Source: Candidatus Woesearchaeota archaeon (GTDB lineage Archaea; Nanobdellota; Nanobdellia; UBA10117; GCA-020343615). Taken from it: DNA of 64,000 bases. The DNA lies in NCBI GenBank assembly GCA_020343615.1, contig CP070803.1:628166-692165 (forward strand), in the 5' to 3' direction. Positions 39,629 to 50,699 of the stretch are shown one piece after another. Made by a program: the position numbers and the translations under genes. The notes under the pieces are model-generated. The model was not told the origin of the DNA and ran no database searches. It saw only the letters and a program-made list of their open reading frames with translations. The stretch's first letter is position 1. The number at the start of each line of letters is the position of its first letter.

Positions 39629-40352
39629 TTTTTATACCTCTTATTAATTCATAAAATTCTGTTATCTTTGGAGTTTTTAAATCTTTAAAATTAGTACTCC
39701 AAAAACCATATTCACTATGGTCCCCAAATCTACCAATAGCTTTCATTCCATGATCTGAGAGGATTATCAAACTCTTAACTCTTTTATTTTTCTTTATTTT
39801 CTCAGCCATCTCATCCAGTTCTATATAAATCATTTTCATGATAACTTTATTTCCGAAATTTAGATGTCCTATAACATCTGCTACTGAAAAATATCCCAAT
39901 ACAAAGTCTCTATCTTCTCCAAGAGCTTTAAAAAACTTATCTTTAATTTTTCTATGATGATCGAAAGCATCTTTATTATACTCTTTCTTTAAGTTCTCTT
40001 TTTTTTCAAGGTTTTTAGTTTCAAAGAAGTTCTTCAAAAGTATTCTGGATTTTCCATGAAATCCTAAATCATAAGAAAATCCTGGAAGATCTAAAACAAC
40101 AGGATTTTCGAAAAAAGAGAAGAATGTTTCTTTAATGTCCCATTTTTTATTCCACATCTCTTTATTACCATCTTCTAAAACATCATCTTCCTTATTTTTT
40201 CCAGTCATAAAACTACTCCATAAAACCATAGTTCTAGGTTGAGAAAATTCAGATATATCTGTTTTTCCATAATATTTTTGCTTTAGATTTTTACAATTAA
40301 ATTCTTCTACTAAGTTATACTCTAAAGCATCTATAGCGAATATTACAATCAT
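39618..40352 (-). CDS. alkaline phosphatase superfamily (NPP-like) protein
   Basis: IFAIDAL, TMVLWSSFMTG, DVIGH, LSDHG, DH. Confidence 0.75.
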   Translation of the reverse strand: MIVIFAIDALEYNLVEEFNCKNLKQKYYGKTDISEFSQPRTMVLWSSFMTGKNKEDDVLEDGNKEMWNKKWDIKETFFSFFENPVVLDLPGFSYDLGFHGKSRILLKNFFETKNLEKKENLKKEYNKDAFDHHRKIKDKFFKALGEDRDFVLGYFSVADVIGHLNFGNKVIMKMIYIELDEMAEKIKKNKRVKSLIILSDHGMKAIGRFGDHSEYGFWSTNFKDLKTPKITEFYELIRGIKNES

Positions 40353-40588
40353 TTTTCAACTCCAACCCTAACTTCAAAATTAGCTGAAAACACCCAATCA
40401 TATAAGAAATATGTTATTGCGTTTATAATATTCCATATAACACTTATACCAAACGATAATTTAAGATCTCTTATAAAAAAATAAGTTACAATCGTCTGCA
40501 AACCTATAATCAATATTCTATATACTATTGATTTCCAAATTAATAACCCAACCTTAACTTTCCTTTTAGGATCGTGTTTAAATAACAT
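40349..40588 (-). CDS. small membrane protein, DUF2061-like
   Basis: KSIVYRI...YFLYDWVF, 2 TM. Confidence 0.55.
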   Translation of the reverse strand: MLFKHDPKRKVKVGLLIWKSIVYRILIIGLQTIVTYFFIRDLKLSFGISVIWNIINAITYFLYDWVFSANFEVRVGVEK

Positions 40589-41828
40589 TTGTTTTACCTC
40601 CAATTTCAGTGATTATTCCACCAGCACAGGTATCTTGTCTTTCCAAAACAAATCTACCTAATGTAGGTATATCATTAAAGTCCTCGAAAACAACATCCGA
40701 ACTTAACTTTATAATAACATCAGCAACCTCTCTATTTTTAATTTCATCAGCATCTTCTCTTAAAGTCTCAAGTGTTGAGGAATCTATAACTCTCTCTATT
40801 TTTTCAAGTTCACCCATAATCTCCTGTGACGATAATTTAAATAGTACTCTTTCACCTTTTTTGTAAGGTTCCCTATCCAACCAAAATAAATGTCCCTTTA
40901 CCGCACTTGTTATTTTAGGTTGTTCTTCATCTTTATGAGTAAGTATGCACCCTCTATCTAAGAAAAGACCATCTTCAGTGACTATCCCAATACTTTTTCC
41001 AGCTTCAGCTTCTTTAGGTGCCTTAAGCCACTCCTTTATTTCCTTTACTTTTGTAGTTTCCTTAGACGGAAGAACAAGTATCTCATCATTTTCTTTTATT
41101 AATCCACTTAAAACCATACCAGCATTTATCCTTTCATCAAATTTGTAGACATCTTGAACAGCAAACCTAGTTGGTCTATCAATTAAAGACTCTTCCTTAC
41201 TAAAACTATCAAGAGCGTCCAAAACTGTAGGTCCATCAAACCATTTTAAGTTCTCAGTTTTTTTAGCAATAAAGTCACCTTCTTTAGCAGATATTGGAAT
41301 AATATAAGATGGTTTTATATTGAGTTTATCTAAAAATTCTATAAGCTCTTTTTTTACCTCATTAAATCTATCCTTACTATAATCAACAAGATCCATTTTA
41401 TTTATAGTTACAATAACTTGTTTTAACCCCAACATTTTCAAGATGTAGGAATGTCTTCTTGTTTGTTCTTTAACACCTTCATTAGCATCGACAATTAGAA
41501 TTGCTGCTTCAGCCTGAGAGGCACCAGTAATCATATTTTTTATAAATTCTACATGACCCGGAGCATCTATAATTGTATATTCTCTCTTATCAGTACGGAA
41601 AAATGTTTGAGCAGTATCTATAGTAACACCCTGATCTCTCTCTTCCGCCAAGTGATCCATCACATATCCAAACTCTATATCCTTACCAAGAGATTCACAT
41701 ATTTGTTTTATTTCTTCAATTTTTCCTTCAGGTAGAGAATCAGTATCATAAAACAACCTACCTATAAGTGTAGATTTCCCATGATCAACATGCCCAACAA
41801 TTACAAATCTTAAGTTTTCCTTTTCCAT
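40578..41828 (-). CDS. cysN: sulfate adenylyltransferase GTPase subunit (no APS-kinase domain)
   Basis: [28 protein letters not shown]; adjacent to cysD. Confidence 0.9.
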   Translation of the reverse strand: MEKENLRFVIVGHVDHGKSTLIGRLFYDTDSLPEGKIEEIKQICESLGKDIEFGYVMDHLAEERDQGVTIDTAQTFFRTDKREYTIIDAPGHVEFIKNMITGASQAEAAILIVDANEGVKEQTRRHSYILKMLGLKQVIVTINKMDLVDYSKDRFNEVKKELIEFLDKLNIKPSYIIPISAKEGDFIAKKTENLKWFDGPTVLDALDSFSKEESLIDRPTRFAVQDVYKFDERINAGMVLSGLIKENDEILVLPSKETTKVKEIKEWLKAPKEAEAGKSIGIVTEDGLFLDRGCILTHKDEEQPKITSAVKGHLFWLDREPYKKGERVLFKLSSQEIMGELEKIERVIDSSTLETLREDADEIKNREVADVIIKLSSDVVFEDFNDIPTLGRFVLERQDTCAGGIITEIGGKTNVI

Positions 41829-41829
41829 T

Positions 41830-42642
41830 TTACATATACCCAAGAGCTCTAAGCTTTTGCATAGCTTGAGCCTCTTCTTTATCTTGAGCCCTTCCAGATC
41901 TTTCAGCGATTTTACTTTCTCTGATTTCTTTTATTATCTCATCAACATTAGTTGCTTTACTAGGCATAGGAGAAGTACAAGGGACACAACCCAAACTTCT
42001 GTAACGAACCATCTTTCCATCTCTTTTTTTAGCAAAATATAGAGAATTTACAGGAAGATTCTCTCTTTTAACATACTTCCAGACATCTATTTCAGTCCAT
42101 TCAAGTAAGGGGTGGATTCTAAGATGTTGCTCAGATTCTTTTTGGGATTTGTACTGATCCCATAACTCTGGAGCCTGGTTCTTGTAATCCCATCTAAAAT
42201 CTTTATTTCTAGGGCTGAATATTCTTTCTTTGGCTCTTATTCCATGTTCATCTCTTCTTATACCTAATAATAAAGCCTCAAACTTGTACTTATCAATTGT
42301 TTTCTTAAGAGCATCAGTTTTTCTTGCAGTACAGCAATCTAATTTATCTTCAGGACTAATCCCTTTTTTATCCGATTCATCAATATTATCAGATACAATT
42401 AGATTGAGATCCCATTTCTTTACACATTCATCCCTAAAATCATACATTTCCTTGAAATGTTTTCCAGTGTCTATATACACAACTGGAAATGGTACGTTTC
42501 CAAAGAAAGCCTTTTTTGCAAGCCAAATAAGAACGGTAGAATCTTTACCAATCGACCACAACATAGCGATTTTTCTAAATTTTTTATATGCTTCTCTAAT
42601 TATATATATACTCTTACTCTCTAATTCATCTAGATGATCCAT
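41830..42642 (-). CDS. cysD: sulfate adenylyltransferase subunit 2
   Basis: [47 protein letters not shown]. Confidence 0.95.
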   Translation of the reverse strand: MDHLDELESKSIYIIREAYKKFRKIAMLWSIGKDSTVLIWLAKKAFFGNVPFPVVYIDTGKHFKEMYDFRDECVKKWDLNLIVSDNIDESDKKGISPEDKLDCCTARKTDALKKTIDKYKFEALLLGIRRDEHGIRAKERIFSPRNKDFRWDYKNQAPELWDQYKSQKESEQHLRIHPLLEWTEIDVWKYVKRENLPVNSLYFAKKRDGKMVRYRSLGCVPCTSPMPSKATNVDEIIKEIRESKIAERSGRAQDKEEAQAMQKLRALGYM

Positions 42643-42646
42643 TTCT

Positions 42647-42976
42647 TCACAAATATCCTAAATTTTCAAGCCTCTTTTTGATTTTAATCTCATCAGACTC
42701 ACTAAGCTTTACATCTTCAGACAGTATAAGGCGCAACATAAAAGTGACGTATTCTGAAACTGAAGATATATCCGTGTCTTTGATTTTATCTTTCAATTTG
42801 TTAGATAATTTAGAGGGTATAGATACAATTGTTTTTTCACGATCCAATTCCTTAAAAACAGAAATCATATCACTAAGTAACTCTTGGTATGAGATATCCC
42901 TATTAGAAGCTAAAATTCTCAATTCTTTCCTCAAGTTTTCAGAAACTTGAATAGTAGTTCTGTTTTTCATAACCAT
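42647..42976 (-). CDS. tandem RHH regulator with LxxLGY tail
   Basis: RTTIQVSE..RKEL RHH1; IVSIP...SVSEYVTFML RHH2; ends KRLENLGYL. Confidence 0.75.
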   Translation of the reverse strand: MVMKNRTTIQVSENLRKELRILASNRDISYQELLSDMISVFKELDREKTIVSIPSKLSNKLKDKIKDTDISSVSEYVTFMLRLILSEDVKLSESDEIKIKKRLENLGYL

Positions 42977-42993
42977 ACATATAATTATGTATG
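42974..42993. promoter_or_regulatory. palindromic operator overlapping the RHH start codon
   Basis: CATACATA-taat-TATGTATG perfect 8-bp arms. Confidence 0.6.
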
Positions 42994-43028
42994 ATTATAT
43001 AAATCTTTCCTTTATTGAATTTAAAGAA

Positions 43029-43730
43029 TTAATTTTTTCCGAGAATGGCTATGTGTTTTAAAACTGGATGAATGATAAAATATGTTTCTCCTTCATCTTT
43101 TTGGATAGGTATATCTGGAAACTCACCAATTTTTAAATAGTCCTTTATAACAGATACCAACAAATCTGCTCTTATATACGGATCGTATTCATAGTCTATA
43201 ATAGTTCTATCTTTTGGAGGAGCATATTCTTTCATTTTGATAACACCCCCCGCATCTATCCTTTTTTCTAGAAAAAAAGCGCTCGCAAAACATTTATTCT
43301 CTTTTAATATACTATAATAAACAGTAGTGCTTCCTCTATAGCCTGGAAGACTGCCCGGGTGTACATGAAGAAATTTCTTCCCACAATTAAGAATATCCTC
43401 TTTCAAAATAGCTCCTCCACTCCCAGAATAAATGAAATATTTTTCAGGTCTCTTTTTTAAAATCTTAATAACTGTCTCACTGTTAATATCTTTTGTAGGA
43501 CAGATTTCAAAAGATATATTATTATCTTTTATAGTTTGCATTATATCTTCATTTAAATCAAAATATTCATTTGAACTTCTTATCTTTTTTTTAAGTTGTC
43601 CTGGAGAAACCTTTTTGTCTTCCATTATAATAACATGTGAAGGAATAAGATTTTCCGCAACTAGTTTTTGTAAGTAAGCCTGTGATCTTGGAGACGAAAC
43701 GATTAACATACCTACATTATTAATTATCAT
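43029..43730 (-). CDS. formyltransferase (Fmt-like N-terminal domain), probably glycan-modifying
   Basis: HVHPGSLPGYRGS, IDAG. Confidence 0.8.
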   Translation of the reverse strand: MIINNVGMLIVSSPRSQAYLQKLVAENLIPSHVIIMEDKKVSPGQLKKKIRSSNEYFDLNEDIMQTIKDNNISFEICPTKDINSETVIKILKKRPEKYFIYSGSGGAILKEDILNCGKKFLHVHPGSLPGYRGSTTVYYSILKENKCFASAFFLEKRIDAGGVIKMKEYAPPKDRTIIDYEYDPYIRADLLVSVIKDYLKIGEFPDIPIQKDEGETYFIIHPVLKHIAILGKN

Positions 43731-44458
43731 AACTCCACCTTTTTTGTTTTGATTAAACTACTAATTGCTTGTTTTTCTAATTTTAATAATAAATAACTAA
43801 TAATTAATTCTTCACGTGTTTCTATTTTGTCGATAACTGAACAAATCGTGTCATTTATTTTTAGAGTTGCATTTAAGAATTTAAAGTTACGTGAGAAATT
43901 ATAATAATCCATAATTAAAAATGATAGTAAGATGTAATTTTTGATAGTTCTATAATCAGATTCATTTTTTACAAAATTTTTAGCATACGAGTCACATATT
44001 TTTTTTGTAACTTCAAATTTTTTCAGTAATTTACTCAACACAAAATAGAATTTTTCTTTGTTATCCACATTCAACATCATTAAAATTAATTTTTCTAGTG
44101 CTGATTTAGTAATTATTTCTTCATTTCCGAGAGTCTCAAGGAACGAATTAGTTTCTTCTAAGGAAAATTTATCAAACTCTTGAATTATTAATGAATTACT
44201 TATTTTATTATTTTCTTCCAAAATCTTTATTTTATTAGCGAAATTTATAACACACGAACCCACTTTAGTTAATTCTATTTTTTCACTAGAGTTTTGATTA
44301 GAGAAAAGGTTTTCTAATATTTTCTCTTGACATTCCTTTCGATATTCAAAAAATTCATTAAGAAAATCTTTTCCATTATACAGAGTATACATATATATAT
44401 TAGGAGATTCAATCCTATTGATTTTTGAATATTCATAAACCATAGTTTTTATTTTCAA
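43727..44458 (-). CDS. hypothetical protein coupled to the formyltransferase
   Basis: Overlapping start/stop; KFEVTKK...FLNATLKIND block. Confidence 0.55.
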   Translation of the reverse strand: MKIKTMVYEYSKINRIESPNIYMYTLYNGKDFLNEFFEYRKECQEKILENLFSNQNSSEKIELTKVGSCVINFANKIKILEENNKISNSLIIQEFDKFSLEETNSFLETLGNEEIITKSALEKLILMMLNVDNKEKFYFVLSKLLKKFEVTKKICDSYAKNFVKNESDYRTIKNYILLSFLIMDYYNFSRNFKFLNATLKINDTICSVIDKIETREELIISYLLLKLEKQAISSLIKTKKVEL

Positions 44459-45560
44459 ACATTATTTCTTTTAATTCTTCTTTATATTTTTTAATTATAC
44501 TATCATTTTTAGCATAAATATTATTTTTTTCTTCAGGATCCTTTTCTAGATCATAAAATTCCCAAGTAGAAGGCGTTTTGTTACAAATAAGTTTTTTATC
44601 ATCATGTCTTACACAAAAAACATTATGTTCTTCCGGTGACGGCCAAGGACCTTTTATTCCTCCAGTTTCAATAAAAGCGACTCTATCCTTTTTTTCTTTT
44701 TCTTTTATTATAGGAATCAAACTTTTACCCTGCATTGTTATAAAAGAAAAGTCTTCAGGAATATTTAACATTCTTAATATTGTAGGCATTATATCAATTA
44801 TTCTACATTGAACACGAGTTTTCGAAGTTTTGATATTAGGAGCATAAAGATAACAAAACGATTTTACAGTATAATCATAAGTAAATACACCATATATTTT
44901 TTCTCCAACTTTTTCTCCAACACTTGTTCCATGATCTGAGTGATAGATTATTATGCTGTTATCGAATAATTTTAACTCTTCAAATAATCTGTTCATTTTT
45001 CCAACGTACTCATTGCATTCTTTTACAAAACCCTCATAACGTTGAATATTTTTCTTAATATTTCCAAAATACTCTTCACTAAAATCATCATATTTTTCAG
45101 CAACTTCTTTCACTAGTCTGTTATGTATAGGACTATATTGTATATGTAAGAAAAAAGGCTCTTTCTTAATTAACTCCTTTATTAATTCTTTTTGTCTTAA
45201 AAACATATCAATATTTTTTTTATGAACCATTACTTCATCAAACCCTTGTTCAGGAAGAAGGCATTTGTTTACTACATCAGAAACACAGTAATAATTTTTT
45301 TCTTTTAAGTATTGAGATAGAGTTTTACATATATTTTTTTTAAATCTGAACATTCTATAGTAACCATTTACTCCATTTTTTGAAGGATGCATTCCTGTAT
45401 GAAGTGTGTGAAAAGACGCCATAGTATACGGAGAATTTGTAATCATATTACTAAAGAAAAAACTTTTTTTCTCAAACTCTTTTAAATTGTTACATAAATT
45501 TAGTCTATCTCTTCTTAATGCATCTAAAGTTATTATAATAACGTTTTTCAAAGTAATCAC
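44433..45560 (-). CDS. sulfatase-fold (AlkP superfamily) hydrolase/transferase
   Basis: ITLDALR, SPYTMASFHTLHTG (Thr nucleophile), SDHG, FYDLEKDPEE. Confidence 0.85.
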   Translation of the reverse strand: MITLKNVIIITLDALRRDRLNLCNNLKEFEKKSFFFSNMITNSPYTMASFHTLHTGMHPSKNGVNGYYRMFRFKKNICKTLSQYLKEKNYYCVSDVVNKCLLPEQGFDEVMVHKKNIDMFLRQKELIKELIKKEPFFLHIQYSPIHNRLVKEVAEKYDDFSEEYFGNIKKNIQRYEGFVKECNEYVGKMNRLFEELKLFDNSIIIYHSDHGTSVGEKVGEKIYGVFTYDYTVKSFCYLYAPNIKTSKTRVQCRIIDIMPTILRMLNIPEDFSFITMQGKSLIPIIKEKEKKDRVAFIETGGIKGPWPSPEEHNVFCVRHDDKKLICNKTPSTWEFYDLEKDPEEKNNIYAKNDSIIKKYKEELKEIMFENKNYGL

Positions 45561-46348
45561 CCTTCTAAATCAATAAATCTATTTAATGTTTTATTTTCCA
45601 ACCATGATTGATATTTTTCATAATCTTCATCAGTATCAAATTCAAGCCAACTGTTTTTGATATTTATTGTTTTTACAAGGTATCCATTATTAATCAATGC
45701 CTGTAACATACAAGTCATATACGCTTTTTTGAATGATTTTGAATTTAACCAAGGTTCATCTTTATCGAAATATTTCTCTTTATTCTCATGATAAACTTTC
45801 TTGAGTGCTTCAACACGGTACTTTGAAAATTTAATTAATCCAACATATCTTATTTTAGCCTCGTCAGGTGAACAATTACAATTCCCCAACTCAACTATTC
45901 TACCATCTTTATCAACAACCAAACTTTCCATATCTTCTTTAGGTTTATCAAGTCTTGCACTCCAATAAGCTAGATAATCTGTATCCACAGTTACTCCAAT
46001 ATCTGATCTATCCGATAAAATCTTATTTATCACTCTTTTTTCATAGATTATGTCTCCATAACATACAAGAATTTCATCAATCATTTCTTCTTCAGCGCTA
46101 AAGAGTGTTTCTACCATATTTGTATTTTCATAATCCTCGTTCGTATAGTATTTAACATCTGGAATTTTTATTTTATCCGCCATGTATCCTTTTACTATAG
46201 TAATATCAGTTACACCGCAGGCTCTTAGCGTTTCTATTTGTCTCTGAATAAGGCTTTTTCCATTAAATTTTAACATACATTTAGGTAAGTTTTTAGTATA
46301 TTTTTTTAATCTTGTCCCTTTTCCTGCAGCGAGAATTATTGCTTTCAT
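45557..46348 (-). CDS. LicC-family cytidylyltransferase (Cj1416-like CTP:phosphoglutamine cytidylyltransferase)
   Basis: ILAAGKGTRL, PKCML, YENTNMVETL, YGDI, WLEFDT; gene context. Confidence 0.85.
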   Translation of the reverse strand: MKAIILAAGKGTRLKKYTKNLPKCMLKFNGKSLIQRQIETLRACGVTDITIVKGYMADKIKIPDVKYYTNEDYENTNMVETLFSAEEEMIDEILVCYGDIIYEKRVINKILSDRSDIGVTVDTDYLAYWSARLDKPKEDMESLVVDKDGRIVELGNCNCSPDEAKIRYVGLIKFSKYRVEALKKVYHENKEKYFDKDEPWLNSKSFKKAYMTCMLQALINNGYLVKTINIKNSWLEFDTDEDYEKYQSWLENKTLNRFIDLEG

Positions 46349-46356
46349 TTTGATAA

Positions 46357-47013
46357 TTAATTTTTCTTTAGAATAAGAAAGATTCTTTCTTTTACATTAT
46401 AAGGATAATTAGAAGGTACTCTTTTATGAACTAATATATCGAAATGTTTCTTTAAATGTTCCAGTTTTGGTTGAAATATTTCTTCTTCACTGTCTTCTGC
46501 CTGACTTTCAAATATAAGTAAGCCTTTAGGTTTTAATATTGAAATAATCTTGTCTATATATTCAATAAAGTTAAACTTAGTATTCTCGTCTATGGTAGAA
46601 TCATTAGCAAGTGAGAATACTATATCTTTTCGGCCAATCACAATATAATCCTCGAAAGAACAGGCGTGGAAATTGGCGTTTTTAATTCCTAGAAACTTTT
46701 TAGTTTCGTCAGAGATCATTACTAAATAAGGGTTTATCTCGACGCCTTCTATATGCTTTAAGTAGTCAGATAATAGTAGAGTTAAGAAACCGTTGTTACT
46801 GCCTATGTCTAGAGCTGTCTTGTCACGGGAGAGGTATTTTCCTATGTTGTACCTCCTAAACCTCTCTTCTGTAGGTCTGGCTCCCTTTATTCCGACCCTA
46901 TCAAATCCCTGGTAGAACCCTCCCTCTTCTTCACTATATCTAAAAGACGGCCAGTTTTCTTCCTGTTCCTTAAGATGACTCTTCAGTTTTTCATGTAATT
47001 CTGTTAATTCCAT
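46357..47013 (-). CDS. class I SAM-dependent methyltransferase
   Basis: ALDIGSNNG motif I, GVEIN, LKPKGLLIFE. Confidence 0.85.
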   Translation of the reverse strand: MELTELHEKLKSHLKEQEENWPSFRYSEEEGGFYQGFDRVGIKGARPTEERFRRYNIGKYLSRDKTALDIGSNNGFLTLLLSDYLKHIEGVEINPYLVMISDETKKFLGIKNANFHACSFEDYIVIGRKDIVFSLANDSTIDENTKFNFIEYIDKIISILKPKGLLIFESQAEDSEEEIFQPKLEHLKKHFDILVHKRVPSNYPYNVKERIFLILKKN

Positions 47014-47016
47014 TTT

Positions 47017-47718
47017 TTATTTTTCTCTCCAAAATAATTCTTTATTAATAAATAGTTTTATGATTTTTTCATTTAATTGCTCATCATGATCTAATTTATT
47101 TCTTTCAGGATGCCACTGTATTCCTGCTATAGGCAGTTTTGGATGAAATATTCCTTCAATTATGCCATCTTCCGCTATTGCAAATGGTTTTAATTCAGAA
47201 GATAGTGTTTTCGAATTAACACCTTGATTATGATATGAGTTCACATTTGCTTCTTTACACAATTCTTTTTTTACAACTTCATCAATGATTTTGATTTTAT
47301 GAGTTTTAGCTACATGTTCAATTTTTGATTCTATTTCTTCTTTTATATTAGATATTAGTTTTCCATTAAAAAACACATTTATAAATTGCATACCTCTACA
47401 AATTCCTAAAACAGGAAGGTTTTTTTCTATACTTGTTTTTAACATGTTTTTTTCAATCTCATCTCTTTCTTCAGAGAAATCATCACTTTTATATTCTTCA
47501 CCACCATAATTTTTAGGACGTACAGAATTCCCTCCAGATAATATTACTCCAGAAATATATAATTTTTCAAAGTAATAATTAAAATTCTTTGTTGAATTAG
47601 GTATTGTTATAAGCTTTATCCCAAATTTTTCAAGATAATTAATATAGTTGTTTTCTAAATTATCTATCAAATCGCCATTCTTATTTCTATCGTTTCTTTG
47701 AGATATTGCAACTATCAT
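47017..47718 (-). CDS. peptidase C26 / class I GATase (Cj1417-like gamma-glutamyl-CDP-amidate hydrolase)
   Basis: LSGGN, ERD..E, LGICRGMQ, VNSYH, QWHPER. Confidence 0.85.
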   Translation of the reverse strand: MIVAISQRNDRNKNGDLIDNLENNYINYLEKFGIKLITIPNSTKNFNYYFEKLYISGVILSGGNSVRPKNYGGEEYKSDDFSEERDEIEKNMLKTSIEKNLPVLGICRGMQFINVFFNGKLISNIKEEIESKIEHVAKTHKIKIIDEVVKKELCKEANVNSYHNQGVNSKTLSSELKPFAIAEDGIIEGIFHPKLPIAGIQWHPERNKLDHDEQLNEKIIKLFINKELFWREK

Positions 47719-50696
47719 TTTATTTTAGTAATGTTCTTAGCCTCACAATCTAAGATTATTGAATCATTATGATTTAATTTTTCGTAAAGAGATCCACACC
47801 CAATTGCTGCAGGTATTCCGAATTCTGCACATCTTATCGCCATGTGAGATGCTACTCCGCCATATTTTGTTATTAACCCCGCAGGCTTTTTAGTGAATAT
47901 CCAATCATATCCAGGATCTCCATTTTCAAGAATTACAATTTTATTTTCAATCTCAGGAATATCTGTACTTTCTCCACCTATCTTTACGATGCTTCCTTTT
48001 ATTTTGTGTTGAGTTATAAAATTAGGTTTCGGGTTATAAGACTGGATTATATCGAAATTATCTTTCGAAAAGATTATTGGAGGTAAAATTATTTTACTGT
48101 TAATTTCTTTTCCTTTTATTCTTGAAGAAATAATACTCTTTAAATTTTCAGCCATATCTTCTCTTTTCATTTTTAAGCTAGAAAAAAGTTCATGAACGCT
48201 TAGCATACTCATTTCTTCTCTTGTAAAACCCATTAATTCTCCCGCCAAAGCTATGAATTCAATAGCATCACTAAGATTTTTTGTAAATTCAAATTTAGAA
48301 TATTCTCTTGATTCAATTCCGGACTTTGCGAATTCGAACAATTCTTCTGCATCAAATTTCAAACCGTATTCTTTAAGAGTCCTTGTAATTTTTTTCTTTT
48401 TCTCTTCATTTAATTCAAATTTACTTAATTTTTTTGTTTTAGTTATTTTTGATGCTTTTATTAATAAAGGATTGAGTCCGTATCTAGGGTTGGTAATATC
48501 ATAAGATCCAGGTCTTAAATGATTATATTTTTTAATAAAAGTGCTCTCATCAAGGCGATTCATACTTAACATTTCAAAATCTTTATTCATTTCTGTTGCT
48601 ACAGTGTTTATAGAATCCATAAACCGATAATATTCTTGTTTTGTCATGACTCCTTTTTTTACAAGACTTTTCAATATTATTTTTCCAACAAATGCAAGCC
48701 TTGCAAGCCTTGAAAATTGAACTGTTCCCCTTTCTCTACAGTCGTCTAATAAATATTTAGCATTATAAATTAGTTTATGTACAGAGGCGTAAACACTATC
48801 TAAATCTTCCTTTAATTTATCCTTATTTTCTATCAATTTTTTAAGTGAATTTAAATCCTCATTAATAGTCTTTTTTGAATTAAGTATTAGATTATTTGTT
48901 AACTCTAATAACGCTCCCTTTAGTTGTTTAATTTCTTCTTCATCAAAACCATTATTAATTAAGTCTTTAGTTCTCTCATCAAAATTTATATCGTAACAAG
49001 TATGTGCTATTTCAAATTCAATTTTATCTTGTAGTTCAGGATTTTCTTCTAATTTTTTAAGATAAAAAGATACCAGCTTATGTCGTAATTTAGGATTAAT
49101 AGTTGAAGGAACAAAAGAATTAAAGCTGTTTCTAACATCAATATAAGGTTTGTTTCCCATTAATACTACTAATTTAGCAGGATTTACATTATGATAGCCT
49201 TGAGATGTTCTTGCTTCGTGCCACGCACTATTTGTTATTAAATAATCATACAAAGTGTAAGCTAAATGATTTGGTCTATCTCCAATTATTTCTGCAGGAT
49301 TCCAATCAGGCATGTCTGCTAAGATTGTTTTTTCTCCACCTAGGTGTTCTTTCTTTTTGATTATTTCCTCAAATTCTCGTTTAAGAAATTCTATTTTATT
49401 TTTTATTAACTCTTGTTCTGATTTTTTCATAGATTTACAAGTTAAAGGTCTCACTTGAAAAATAATTACTTCCTTATATTTATTAATTGAAAATTCTATA
49501 TCTAATCCTAAATTAGGAACTATTTCTTCAATTTCTTTTACTGATTCAATTAGTTTTTTGAACTTATTAGGTATTTTTTCTAATTGACAGAATTTAGATA
49601 TACTTATCGATTTATTCTCTACCCCTTTTGTGACAGTATTAGATTCTCCAGTAGAATCATCAAAGTTAATAACATAGTAAGGAGCACTTTTTTCTAAACT
49701 GTGCGTGAACAGAACACCACTTATCTCAATATCATCTGTTTGAGCTTGAATTAAAACTTTGTTAAATGAGCTTCCAGAATTATTTTTTTCATAAGATTTA
49801 ATTACTTTATTTATTGCCGATTCAACACTAGTTGTATTTTTTGAATCTACACTTAAAAAACTTTCAAAATATCCAGCCATAGATTCTTCTTCAGTATCTT
49901 CAGTTAATGCTGAACTTCTAACAACAATATTTTTTCCATCAAATTTTTCTCTAATTAACTGTAACATCTTTTCACGATTATTTTTCCATTCAGAAACAGA
50001 AAAAGAAAATAGTTTTTCAATTTTTGATTTCTTAAGTAATGGTTGAAGTGCCTCTAATGTATCTGCTTTGTTCGATATTATTGTTTTATTTTCTTTTTCA
50101 GAAGGAATATTTTTTTCCTTCGTTAATAATGAACTAAATTTCACAAGATCTTTTTGTTGTTTTATATTTTCAATTAATTTATTAGTAATTTTAAATGTTG
50201 AAAGTTTATCATAATAAGGTGTTTTTCTAAGTTTACCGTTAATTTTTCTTATATATTCCGATCCCGGGACATATTTCCAGTCACTCCCATGAATTAGAAT
50301 AATTTCTGCTTCCGGGAACTCTTCATGTATTTTTTTTAAGTTATCCTCTGGATCTCTACTATGCTGTATCATTACTTTATCTATGTGTCTTAAATTTGAG
50401 ATTACCGCCTTCCTTTCTTTTAAATTAGAAATAGGTTCTCCTCGATACTCTTTAACTGCTTCATCTGTAAGAATTCCACACACCACATAATCTACTATTG
50501 ATTTGGCAAACAGTATTGTTTGTAAGTGACCATAATGAAAAAGATCTCCTACTATTCCTAAATAAGCGATTTTCTTTATATCTACCTTTTTTAATTCTAG
50601 AATGTGCCCTTCTTTTATTCCCAAGCCTCGAGGTATTGTTACACATAATTGTCCATTAGATTTATTCTTCCACACTACTTTTTTCAATTTATACAC
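47715..50696 (-). CDS. AbrB-like domain + cytidylyltransferase + L-glutamine kinase (Cj1418-like PEP-utilising fold) fusion
   Basis: N-term NKSNGQLCVTIP; DLFHYGH and HGSDW; VRSSALTED, SMAG, FQVRP, DMPDWNPAEIIG, DPGYDWIF, GGVASHMAIRCAE. Confidence 0.85.
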   Translation of the reverse strand: MYKLKKVVWKNKSNGQLCVTIPRGLGIKEGHILELKKVDIKKIAYLGIVGDLFHYGHLQTILFAKSIVDYVVCGILTDEAVKEYRGEPISNLKERKAVISNLRHIDKVMIQHSRDPEDNLKKIHEEFPEAEIILIHGSDWKYVPGSEYIRKINGKLRKTPYYDKLSTFKITNKLIENIKQQKDLVKFSSLLTKEKNIPSEKENKTIISNKADTLEALQPLLKKSKIEKLFSFSVSEWKNNREKMLQLIREKFDGKNIVVRSSALTEDTEEESMAGYFESFLSVDSKNTTSVESAINKVIKSYEKNNSGSSFNKVLIQAQTDDIEISGVLFTHSLEKSAPYYVINFDDSTGESNTVTKGVENKSISISKFCQLEKIPNKFKKLIESVKEIEEIVPNLGLDIEFSINKYKEVIIFQVRPLTCKSMKKSEQELIKNKIEFLKREFEEIIKKKEHLGGEKTILADMPDWNPAEIIGDRPNHLAYTLYDYLITNSAWHEARTSQGYHNVNPAKLVVLMGNKPYIDVRNSFNSFVPSTINPKLRHKLVSFYLKKLEENPELQDKIEFEIAHTCYDINFDERTKDLINNGFDEEEIKQLKGALLELTNNLILNSKKTINEDLNSLKKLIENKDKLKEDLDSVYASVHKLIYNAKYLLDDCRERGTVQFSRLARLAFVGKIILKSLVKKGVMTKQEYYRFMDSINTVATEMNKDFEMLSMNRLDESTFIKKYNHLRPGSYDITNPRYGLNPLLIKASKITKTKKLSKFELNEEKKKKITRTLKEYGLKFDAEELFEFAKSGIESREYSKFEFTKNLSDAIEFIALAGELMGFTREEMSMLSVHELFSSLKMKREDMAENLKSIISSRIKGKEINSKIILPPIIFSKDNFDIIQSYNPKPNFITQHKIKGSIVKIGGESTDIPEIENKIVILENGDPGYDWIFTKKPAGLITKYGGVASHMAIRCAEFGIPAAIGCGSLYEKLNHNDSIILDCEAKNITKIK

Positions 50697-50699
50697 CGT

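Noticed and set aside
40578..41828. Elongation factor EF-1A/EF-Tu
   Set aside because: CysN-type sequence coupled to cysD
43029..43730. Methionyl-tRNA formyltransferase
   Set aside because: Lacks the C-terminal tRNA-binding domain, archaea do not formylate initiator tRNA, and the context is glycan-related
47715..50696. PEP synthase/PPDK or a phosphonate (PEP mutase) cluster
   Set aside because: No C-terminal PEP/pyruvate TIM barrel and no EDKxxxxxNS PEP mutase motif; motifs and neighbours fit Cj1418
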